Assembly: GCA_001661245.1 (NCBI GenBank) | Contig: KV454012.1 | Span: forward strand, 1,260,848 to 1,324,847 | Length of the DNA stretch: 64,000 bases | Reading direction: 5' to 3' | From: Pachysolen tannophilus NRRL Y-2460 | Taxonomy: Eukaryota | Shown here: in pieces, positions 55,378 to 64,000 of the stretch | Numbering within the stretch: the first letter of the stretch is position 1 | Layout of the letters: each line of letters begins with the position of its first letter | Position numbers and translations under genes: made by a program | The notes under the pieces: generated by a model | The model's database searches: none | What the model was told of the DNA's origin: nothing | What the model saw: the letters and a program-made list of their open reading frames with translations, nothing else

Positions 55378-56013
55378 ACCAGCAAACTTTCACAAACTCT
55401 TACTAATCAACCTTCACAAACCACAAACTATTGATCTCAAATATATATATATATATATCTATATATATATATAAAATGGTCATCCTGTGAACCATTTTGT
55501 TAACCATTTCCACCATTTTTATCACCAAAAAAAATCCAAGTGATCGTGTTTCCAAATACCAAAAATCCGAATTAGGAAATTTCGGATTTTTTTAACATAA
55601 AATAAAAAATTGGGTCAAAAAATGAGCCAAAAAACAAAATTGTAAAAGTGTTATGTTTTAAAAGAAATTAGTAAATTGATTGATTTAAATTAGAATTGAA
55701 TAAATCTAAATTAAGTATTGATTGTATTAGATAATTTTTCATTAATTGATTTGGTTATTTAGTGATTGGTCTTTATAGTGAAGGAAATTAAAAATTTAAA
55801 AAATTAAGAAAAAATATTTTGTACTGTTAATTGAATTTAGAGGTATTTTCGGGTTTAAGAAATTACTTTTTTTTGCCATTGAAGTTTAGTTTTTGATTGA
55901 ATTAGATAAAAGCTAAACAATTTTTAATTATTATTATTATTATTATTAGTTTGAGATTGGTAAAGGCATATTTTTGTGTGAGTTTTTGATTATAAAGTTT
56001 TTTTTTTTCGGAA

Positions 56014-57369
56014 ATGGGTATTAATAATCCAATTCCAATGAGCTTAAAAGCTGAATGTAGGAAAGCTGCAAAAGTTTTAGCATCATTTATAAAACCAAAT
56101 CAGCTGTTTGGTCCTGATCAAGTTATTCCACCTAATGTTTTACAAGAAGCTCGTGGTTTGGCGGTTATTACTGTTTTAAAAGCTGGTTTTTTATTTTCAG
56201 GTAGAGCTGGAAGTGGTGTTATTGTAGCAAGATTACCTGATGGTTCTTGGTCTGCGCCTAGTGCTATTGTAACTGCGGGAGCTGGTGTAGGGGGTCAAAT
56301 TGGAGCTGAATTAACAGATTTTGTATTTATATTAAATACAGATGAAGCTGTTAAATCTTTTGCACAATTTGGATCCATTACTCTTGGTGGTAATATATCT
56401 GTTGCTGCTGGTCCATTGGGTAGAAATGCAGAGGCTGGTGCAACAGGGTCTCTTAAAGCTGTTGCACCAGTTTTTTCTTATTCAAAGACAAAAGGTTTAT
56501 TTGCTGGTGTTTCATTGGAAGGTTCAGCAATTGTTGAAAGAAGAGAAGCAAATAGAAAATTTTATGGTGAAAATTGTAAAGCTGCTACAATATTAGCTGG
56601 TAGAGTAAGAGCTCCTCCTGCTTGTGAACCATTATTTAGAGTATTAGAATCAAGAGCTTTTACAAGAGGTGCAGCATCTGATGATTATTCAGATGATGAA
56701 TTTTATAACGATATTCCATCAGCTTTTAGTTCTGAAGAAAGTAGTCCTACTACATCTTCAAGATATTATGGAGGTAGTAGAGCAAGAAGGTATGATGATT
56801 ATGATGAATATAGTGATGAAGATTCTTATGAAAGAGGTGGAAGTAGACCCACAAGAAGTGGTCATGGTTTAAAATCAGGTTCTTCTTCAAAACCAACATC
56901 TTGGGAGGATGATGTTTATGATAGAGCTAGACCTTCAAGATCAGGAAGAGCAAATGGAAGAAGCAGGCGTGGTTACGACGATGACGATGATGAAGATGAT
57001 GATGAAGATGATGATAGCATAAACGATGTGAATAGACGTTTTAGAAAACAACACTTTAATAGTAGTTATTCTGATAAGCCAATAAGGCCAAAATCTGAAA
57101 AACCAGATTTTGGTACTACAAGAGGAGGAACAAGATCATCACCAGCATATGCCTCCTCTGAAAAACCAATCTCTTCAAATGCTACATCAAAGAAAAATAC
57201 TGCCACTGCTTTATTTTCATTTGAAGGAGAACAATCGGGAGATTTACCATTTAAAAAAGGTGATATAATTGCAATCATCCAGAAATCAGATAGTACTGAT
57301 GATTGGTGGACAGGTAGAATAAATGGTAAAGAAGGAATTTTCCCTGCAAATTACGTTAAATTAAACTGA
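56014..57369 (+). CDS. YSC84: SYLF/YAB + SH3 actin-bundling protein Ysc84/Lsb3
   Basis: MGINNPIP, KAGFLFSGRAGSG, ELTDFVFILN, C-terminal SH3 (ALFSF...DDWWTG...GIFPANYV); continuous ORF with no intron needed. Confidence 0.95.
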   Translation: MGINNPIPMSLKAECRKAAKVLASFIKPNQLFGPDQVIPPNVLQEARGLAVITVLKAGFLFSGRAGSGVIVARLPDGSWSAPSAIVTAGAGVGGQIGAELTDFVFILNTDEAVKSFAQFGSITLGGNISVAAGPLGRNAEAGATGSLKAVAPVFSYSKTKGLFAGVSLEGSAIVERREANRKFYGENCKAATILAGRVRAPPACEPLFRVLESRAFTRGAASDDYSDDEFYNDIPSAFSSEESSPTTSSRYYGGSRARRYDDYDEYSDEDSYERGGSRPTRSGHGLKSGSSSKPTSWEDDVYDRARPSRSGRANGRSRRGYDDDDDEDDDEDDDSINDVNRRFRKQHFNSSYSDKPIRPKSEKPDFGTTRGGTRSSPAYASSEKPISSNATSKKNTATALFSFEGEQSGDLPFKKGDIIAIIQKSDSTDDWWTGRINGKEGIFPANYVKLN

Positions 57370-57751
57370 ATTATAATTCTTGCAAATAAAAGAGAAAGAG
57401 AAAGAGAAAGAAATAAGACCAAATAAAAAAAAAGAAATTCCATAGCTTTCATTTTTTTTTTTCTACCTTTTTTTTTTTATTTATTTTAATTTTAAAATAA
57501 CTAACTGATATAGAAATTAAACATAAATAGGGAGAGAATATATAGTTATTCCTTTTATGAGACGTTTTTTTTTTTTTTTTTTTTTTTTGATTATTTTTAT
57601 TTTTATTCAATTTTAATTTCATATTTTTGTACTTTTAATTTTTATTTAATTGACTATATATATGTTACCGTTATGTAATAGCTAAGGTATTAATTAATTA
57701 ATTGACTATTTTATACATAAATTTAATTTTTTTGTAACTATTTTTTAACCC

Positions 57752-59887
57752 TTACATACCCCTGAAAGCATTTTTACTTGCTCTTCTTCTACCTTCAAAT
57801 CTTTGTTTTGTTCTACCACTATCTCTTTGGTTGTTTTCATCTTTCTCAAATGATACATTTTTTCTTTCCTTTTTCTTTGCTTTTGGTACAAAAGTTAATT
57901 CAGCTTCACCTTTTGCATTCTTATTCAACCTGACATTCGATTTTCGATCTTTATCCAATTTGGAAATTTTATTCAATTTCGAAACCCTGGCAGCAAATGT
58001 ACTAGACATTTTATCTTCTAAACCATTACCATTATTTCTGGTCAAATCTTCTGTTACAGGCTTCATCTCCGATAAAAATTTTTGTGTTTCTTCTTCAATT
58101 TGCAGTTTACGACGATTTTTTTCTAATTGTTTTCGAACATTTTGTTGCTGTTTCAATTTTTGTTCTTGTTCAAATTCGCTATCCTGTGACAGATTGTCAT
58201 CATCATCTTCTTCATCATCTTCATTACTATCAGAATCGTTGTGGTTCTCTTCATCAGACAAAGAAGCTCCTCCATTCCTATATTCTAATATTTCATCATC
58301 AGATTCTTCTGCTGCAGTCAATGCCCTTCCTGTTCTAGTATTTGATTCTATTTCTTTAGTCGACCTAACTGGATTCAATTGTTTATATTCATGAGAATTG
58401 ATATCAATTTCAAACTCTGGATTTTCAAACATTTCTTTGAAACGATCATCATTAACAACTTGTTCCGTGACTTTGGTACCTGATTTTTCTTGTAATCTAT
58501 TAACAAGATCTTTGTTAACTTTAATTTTTGTGTTTGTGATAGCACCAGTAGTTCTAATTCTGGATTCTCTTTCTTGTTCAATTCTTTTCTTAATTTCTCT
58601 ATCTCTTTGATCTTGATATGAATTTGGATTAGAAATTAAATTAACTTTATCATACAACTCATTATCAATGAAAAATCCGTGCATATAAGAACGTAAAACT
58701 TTTGAACCAATTAAATGAGATAAGTTCAATTTAACAACATCTTGTCTTGTGATGAATCTATAATTTGAATAAACTGAATTTGATGGGTTTTCTTCTAATT
58801 CTTCTGTAACAGAATCCAAGAAAGAACACCATTTCGGAGCAGGACCCAAATTTGGTATATAATAAGTATGCATAGGAATTCCCTCATTAGCCATGAAAAA
58901 CATTCCTGATTCCTTAATATATTCAATATCATTTATATCAACGCTTGGTTCCATCGATGTAAAAGGTTTACCATTATAACGATCCCATATTTTTGCTATT
59001 CTCTTATCTGAAGTTAAAATTTTATTTGAATTTGTAGAATTTTCATCTATCCATATAATTTTTTTAATTGGGAAACCATAACCTTGATCTTTTACTACTG
59101 AAGGTTGAGAAGTTCTTAAATCATAAATTAATGATTTCCCAGTAGAAGTACCACAAGCAAAATTTAAACCATCATTTCTAAAAGTGACACTAGTTATCTC
59201 GGTAGACTCTGAGAGTTGATCATTTATTTGCAATTTAGCAACTCTATATTTACTTCTTGGGTCCCAAAATTCAACAGTACCATCTTCTAAACCAGCTGAT
59301 ACTAAACCATGAACTTTATTAACATCAACACTGTTGCAACCAGAATTTGTATCAAGTTGGAAAGGTTGTAAAAACCTTCCTTGTTCCAAATTTAATCTAT
59401 ATAATTCATTCCCAGAAGCGCCAACATATAAATCACAATTAGTACTATTATAATTAAGACATCTTCCAAATTTGGGTATTCTAGATCTATGATGTAAACC
59501 ACCTTTTGTCTGAAATTCAATAGACCTATCATTTTGTAAATGGATAGATTTAGACCAGTCATTAGAAAGTATTAAAAAATCAACATTCTCACAATCTGTA
59601 TGTCTTTCAAATTTCAAAGATAAATTACTAAAATCATAAACATGAATTTGAGGTTTATAAGTACCAGTTGCCATTGCAAATTGTCCATCAGGTGTGACTT
59701 TTATCTTATTTGAAGCTTCACTAAACTCAAAATCCTGAATTAACTCAATACGATTCTGATAATCCAAATCATTCTTTAAAGCTCTCTTACGCTTTTTAGC
59801 AATCCAATCTGGTAAAGATCTAGAGACATTTGCTCCAGAAACCTGATAAACTGAAATATTTCCAGCTGATGTTGATTTTAATACCAT
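57752..59887 (-). CDS. ENP2: 90S pre-ribosome factor Enp2 (NOL10)
   Basis: MVLKSTS...SLPDWI, IELIQDFEFSEASNKI, LGPAPKWCSFLD, DDRFKEMFENPEF (NUC153), RRASKNAFRGM. Confidence 0.96.
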   Translation of the reverse strand: MVLKSTSAGNISVYQVSGANVSRSLPDWIAKKRKRALKNDLDYQNRIELIQDFEFSEASNKIKVTPDGQFAMATGTYKPQIHVYDFSNLSLKFERHTDCENVDFLILSNDWSKSIHLQNDRSIEFQTKGGLHHRSRIPKFGRCLNYNSTNCDLYVGASGNELYRLNLEQGRFLQPFQLDTNSGCNSVDVNKVHGLVSAGLEDGTVEFWDPRSKYRVAKLQINDQLSESTEITSVTFRNDGLNFACGTSTGKSLIYDLRTSQPSVVKDQGYGFPIKKIIWIDENSTNSNKILTSDKRIAKIWDRYNGKPFTSMEPSVDINDIEYIKESGMFFMANEGIPMHTYYIPNLGPAPKWCSFLDSVTEELEENPSNSVYSNYRFITRQDVVKLNLSHLIGSKVLRSYMHGFFIDNELYDKVNLISNPNSYQDQRDREIKKRIEQERESRIRTTGAITNTKIKVNKDLVNRLQEKSGTKVTEQVVNDDRFKEMFENPEFEIDINSHEYKQLNPVRSTKEIESNTRTGRALTAAEESDDEILEYRNGGASLSDEENHNDSDSNEDDEEDDDDNLSQDSEFEQEQKLKQQQNVRKQLEKNRRKLQIEEETQKFLSEMKPVTEDLTRNNGNGLEDKMSSTFAARVSKLNKISKLDKDRKSNVRLNKNAKGEAELTFVPKAKKKERKNVSFEKDENNQRDSGRTKQRFEGRRRASKNAFRGM

Positions 59888-60064
59888 TTTTTTTTTTTTT
59901 GAATGATTAATTAAAAAAAAAAATTAAAACCTAGAAAAGATTGAATTAAGTTCCTATAAAATAACCTTTCTTCCTTCCCTCCTAGATATCTAGGAATACT
60001 TTTCTTCAGCTTTGCTATTTATATTTAAAAGTATTTTTATATTTTACTATCTTTTTACTATAAC

Positions 60065-60075
60065 TGAAAAATTTT
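60065..60075. promoter_or_regulatory. RRPE element upstream of ENP2
   Basis: TGAAAAATTTT about 180 bp upstream of the ATG. Confidence 0.5.
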
Positions 60076-60193
60076 TTTAGTTAAAAAAAAAAAAATAAAA
60101 AAATTTTTTTTCTCTTCTCTTTTTGCCTAACAAAACTGATAAGATTCAATCAAAAATTATATTTATTTAAATATATATATGTTATTGAACTAT

Positions 60194-60910
60194 TTATTTC
60201 AAATTTGCCAATTCTTTAGAGCTAGAGTCGATGATCTTAACGTTACTGGAGGTATAGATTTCATCTGTTTTAGTTATATCATTTGGATAGACACTTTTAG
60301 AGCAATCACTAATAACAAATGTGTTATAACCCAACAGACTTGCATCTTTAGCAGAATGTAAGACACAAAAATCGTATGCTATACCTACTAAGAATACATC
60401 TGTAATCTTATTTTCTTTTAAATAATCATTTAATTCTGTCTTGTGTAAACCCCATGAGTCTTGGAAACAAGAATAGTATTCTCTATCTTCGATATAACCT
60501 TTCTTAACATTAACGGTTTTACAATTACCATTTTCTTCAAGTTTATGAAGTGGAATTTTAAACTCTTTTGCAATCTCAGAACCAAAAGAATTTTGAATAC
60601 AATGATCTGGCCAAACAACCTGCTTCATTATCTTGATTTCGCCTGTCTTGGGATCAATCTCATTTAATGGATGTTTAAATGTTAATTCTTGGAAAGGTTT
60701 CACATCCTTATGATTAGAAGCAAATGATGTATGCGTTTTTGGGTGCCAATCCTGAGTAGTAACCACCAAATCCCATTTTAATTCCAATAATTTTGCAATC
60801 TTTGGGATTATAGACCTTCCATCAGTAACAGCTAAAGAACCATTAGGTGGTAAAAAATCTTCTTGTAAATCCACAATTATCAACGCAGCATTACTATGAG
60901 AAACAGCCAT
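60194..60910 (-). CDS. PNC1: Nicotinamidase; ATG at 60910
   Basis: ALIIVDLQEDFLPPNGSL, QDWHP, HTSF, WPDHC, EYYSCF, GIAYDFCV. Confidence 0.95.
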   Translation of the reverse strand: MAVSHSNAALIIVDLQEDFLPPNGSLAVTDGRSIIPKIAKLLELKWDLVVTTQDWHPKTHTSFASNHKDVKPFQELTFKHPLNEIDPKTGEIKIMKQVVWPDHCIQNSFGSEIAKEFKIPLHKLEENGNCKTVNVKKGYIEDREYYSCFQDSWGLHKTELNDYLKENKITDVFLVGIAYDFCVLHSAKDASLLGYNTFVISDCSKSVYPNDITKTDEIYTSSNVKIIDSSSKELANLK

Positions 60911-61558
60911 TTTTCTCTTTTCTTTACCAAAACATAAAAATAGAAAAACACAAGAACACAATCAATTGAAAAATTTCTCAATTACTTAAATATAATAGTG
61001 ATGGAACAGATCCGTCCAATCTAATCTAATCTAGGCAACCAACCAACTTATACCTCTTTAATTACCACCCACTCTAACTTCACCACACATTAGCCACAAA
61101 TTAACCCAAAAAGTGAAAAAGAGAAAAATTATTTCGTATTACGTAATCCGAGAAATGACGCATGTGTCGCGAGCCGCAGCAGTGGCCAAACGAGCCGCAT
61201 TTTGTGTGTTGCATAATTGTTAAGAAAAAAAAGTATGTTAGAAACTACATCATTTTTTTTTTTTTTTTAAAAAATTGTATATTAACGTATAATAAATGTC
61301 TATATTAAAATAACTAATGGATCAAGGGTATATTAATTATTAAAGATACTAATGAATAAACCTAAGAAGGAAAAAAAAAATAAATAAATAATAAGAAGGA
61401 AAAAAAAAAAGGGAATGAAATTATAAAATTAAATTGAAAGCTGATTTTTTTTTTTCTTTCTTTCTTTATTTGATTTTTTTATCTTTTTTTGTAGTTCAAG
61501 AATGACATTAAATATTTCTAATTAGTTGTCAAGAAAAAAAAAAAGTAAACTTCTCAGT

Positions 61559-64000
61559 TTACTCTCTTTTTTTAAGAACTTTAGAAATTAATGGTTTAAC
61601 AAGAGATACTGGAGAGTATTTTTTAACTCTGAAAATATAGTAGCAAATAATCATAGCAGATAAGTTGAAAAGGATAAATGCACAGTAGAAACCAACATTT
61701 CTCCACCTGTAAACATATTTGATATTGATTATATCCAAATATTGATCAGCAACACTGTAAGCACAATATCCACAATCTGAAGTGGCATCTGGATTACTGA
61801 CATAACCATAATTGCTTGATAAATATTCTTCCAAGTATGAACCACAAGTTTCACCGGAAGGAGGTTGTAAAATGGACAATTCATCAGTTGCACAATGAAC
61901 TTCTCTATCGTGAAGTACCAAACTTACCATTGTTTGAACAAAATATGTAAATGGTGAAATTTTGTACATAAAAGTCCAAAATCCAACCATTAAATATTCA
62001 GGTTGAACAACACCACAAAAGGAAACAATGAAATTGAAAAATAATGAAAACAAAACATTAGCTGATGGTAAATCTGGAGACATATATACAACCCATAAAC
62101 TGAATGAAACATAATAAAATTGGAAAAAGAAAGAATAATTTAACCAAAAAACACCTGAACGAGTAACATTATTATCCAATTGTACTGTGAAATAAAATAT
62201 AACAAAATACATGGTTGAAAATAAAAGGGAATAAGGAATTTCATTCAAAAATTGAGCAATTAATAAAGTTGACCAATGGAAAGTATTTGATTTCGATTCT
62301 CTAACTTCAAATAATTCTCTAGATGCAATAGCTCTAGCTTGTACTTGATTTCCTAAAGGAGCACTCAAAATCATACTAATGAAAACAGCAAACATACAAT
62401 TTTGTAAACCAATTCTTGTATGTTTCAAGTTCCAGTATGAAAACCCAATTAATAAAGCACCAGTAAGGAATAACATGAATTTAGCCATAATATAGTCAAG
62501 ATCTCTGTAGAATTGGGTAGCAGTTCTTGTAACAACCAATCTGAATTGATACCAATATGGAGTTGCATAAATTCCAGCATTTTTATTAACTGATTCCTCT
62601 GGATTAGAAGCCTGGGTAGATTCAATTAACTTGGTAACTTCAACAGTTGTGTCATTAAACTCCTTACTTTGAGTCCACTTTTCATACCAATTTTCCTGAA
62701 CTGCTGCTGTAGCACCCGCTCCAATAGCTTCTAAGATATATTCAGCAGGGTTCTCATGCGGTTCACAATGTCTAGCCCCATTCCTTTCAAAATAGCTTAA
62801 TATTGTTTCTGAATTCTTACCAATGTCACCAAAGTAAACGGTTTGACCACCTTTACGTAACAATAATAATCTGTCAAATTGCTCGAATAAGGTAGCAGAA
62901 GGTTGATGGATAGTACAAAGAATAGCTTGTCCTGCATTTGCCAAACTTCTTAATAATTGTACAATGGCCCAGGCAGACTGGGAGTCTAAACCTGACGTTG
63001 GTTCATCCAAAAATAACAATAAATCTGGTTTAGCAACTAACTCTGTAGCAATAGAAAGTTTTTTCCTTTGTTCAACGTTAAGCCCATAACCAGGATCTCC
63101 GGCAACAGCATCTGCATAATCTTGCATCTGTAAAATGTTGATAATTTCTTCAACGTATTCCATTTTTTCTGCATCTGGAACTGAAAGAGGCCTTCTTAAT
63201 CTGGCGGCAAATCTTAACGATTCTCTAACTGTAAGTTCTGCAATGTGCAAATCTTGTTGCTGAACGTAACCAGTTCTTCTTTGAAATGAATTATCAACGG
63301 ATCTACCATTTACCAATATATCACCAGTAATCACACCTACCTCATTACGTTGCGAAAGTGTATTTAATAACGTTGTTTTACCGGCACCAGACTCACCCAT
63401 AAGAGCTGTCAATGTACCAGGTTTAACATAACCTTGGATATCGTCCAAAAGCTTTCTAGTACTACCTTTGTAAGGTATAACATAATCAACGTGCTGCCAC
63501 ATAAATATTTCATCGGAACCTAAAAGACGTTCGCCATCTTCAGCAACCGCCTTAGAAACCGGCTTTTTGGCGTTATCAACTTCGTTTTCTGTGGTGTCTT
63601 TTTCAGATAAAGGTCCGTTCTCAACATCAGAAGATGGTGCAACATCAGCTGGATTCAAAATTGTATCAGGAATTCGAGCACCTCTGATGAAAGAAAGGTG
63701 ATCACCACCACCTTTAGATTGTTTTAAAAGTTCGGTAAGAATACAATTTATAGTAATGAAACCAATCCAGAAACAACACAATATTCCAAAATTTCTCCAA
63801 ACATGCCAGAATTTGTATGTATATGAAACATAGACAAAAGTGTCACCATCAACTACAGTGCTACCATCACTACCAGTAAATGCACAAACTTGATTAGCAC
63901 TTGATACATTTTCATACCCTGTACCTGAAGGAACCAACAAATCAGACTGGCATTCCATATGACGGCCATGAAATTCTGTTGTAATGATTGCTTCAAAACC
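61559..64000 (-). CDS. SNQ2: PDR-family ABC transporter, Snq2-like; 5' part lies beyond the window end
   Basis: GESGAGKTT, LNVEQRKKLSI, ELVAKPDLLLFLDEPTSGLDSQ, RELFEVRES; the frame stays open to position 64000 (GFEAIITTEFHGRH...). Confidence 0.85.
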   Translation of the reverse strand, partial: GFEAIITTEFHGRHMECQSDLLVPSGTGYENVSSANQVCAFTGSDGSTVVDGDTFVYVSYTYKFWHVWRNFGILCCFWIGFITINCILTELLKQSKGGGDHLSFIRGARIPDTILNPADVAPSSDVENGPLSEKDTTENEVDNAKKPVSKAVAEDGERLLGSDEIFMWQHVDYVIPYKGSTRKLLDDIQGYVKPGTLTALMGESGAGKTTLLNTLSQRNEVGVITGDILVNGRSVDNSFQRRTGYVQQQDLHIAELTVRESLRFAARLRRPLSVPDAEKMEYVEEIINILQMQDYADAVAGDPGYGLNVEQRKKLSIATELVAKPDLLLFLDEPTSGLDSQSAWAIVQLLRSLANAGQAILCTIHQPSATLFEQFDRLLLLRKGGQTVYFGDIGKNSETILSYFERNGARHCEPHENPAEYILEAIGAGATAAVQENWYEKWTQSKEFNDTTVEVTKLIESTQASNPEESVNKNAGIYATPYWYQFRLVVTRTATQFYRDLDYIMAKFMLFLTGALLIGFSYWNLKHTRIGLQNCMFAVFISMILSAPLGNQVQARAIASRELFEVRESKSNTFHWSTLLIAQFLNEIPYSLLFSTMYFVIFYFTVQLDNNVTRSGVFWLNYSFFFQFYYVSFSLWVVYMSPDLPSANVLFSLFFNFIVSFCGVVQPEYLMVGFWTFMYKISPFTYFVQTMVSLVLHDREVHCATDELSILQPPSGETCGSYLEEYLSSNYGYVSNPDATSDCGYCAYSVADQYLDIINIKYVYRWRNVGFYCAFILFNLSAMIICYYIFRVKKYSPVSLVKPLISKVLKKRE

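Noticed and set aside
1..64000. Transposons or LTRs, including near the tRNA
   Set aside because: No gag/pol/transposase ORF and no TG...CA-bounded repeat with target-site duplication seen

Overview
AT-rich eukaryotic (budding-yeast, Saccharomycotina) genomic DNA with two assembly gaps. It holds about 27 protein genes: GTR2, CHO2, MTR3, RIM8, NSR1, PEX25, MRM1/PET56, HIS3, MRP51, an amino-acid permease, KIC1, IMH1, RMT2, an EF-hand type II NAD(P)H dehydrogenase, a DUF676 lipase, a FlbD-like Myb factor, VAC8, EDC3, PTR3, YSC83, YSC84/LSB3, ENP2, PNC1, a partial SNQ2-like ABC transporter and a few orphans, plus one tRNA-Leu(AAG). The strongest signal is a non-standard genetic code. CTG codons sit at conserved alanine positions in His3, Vac8 (twice) and the DUF676 lipase, so CUG appears to be read as Ala, as in the Pachysolen/Nakazawaea/Peterozyma CUG-Ala clade, and the supplied ORF translations are wrong at every CTG. 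Reading splice signals by eye recovers genes the ORF track misses or splits: a 56-aa Cys/His microprotein, a 212-aa two-exon orphan, a ~72-aa membrane microprotein and the true N-terminus of the lipase. Several phased short motif arrays occur in intergenic DNA. All gene identities come from recalled family motifs, not database searches.
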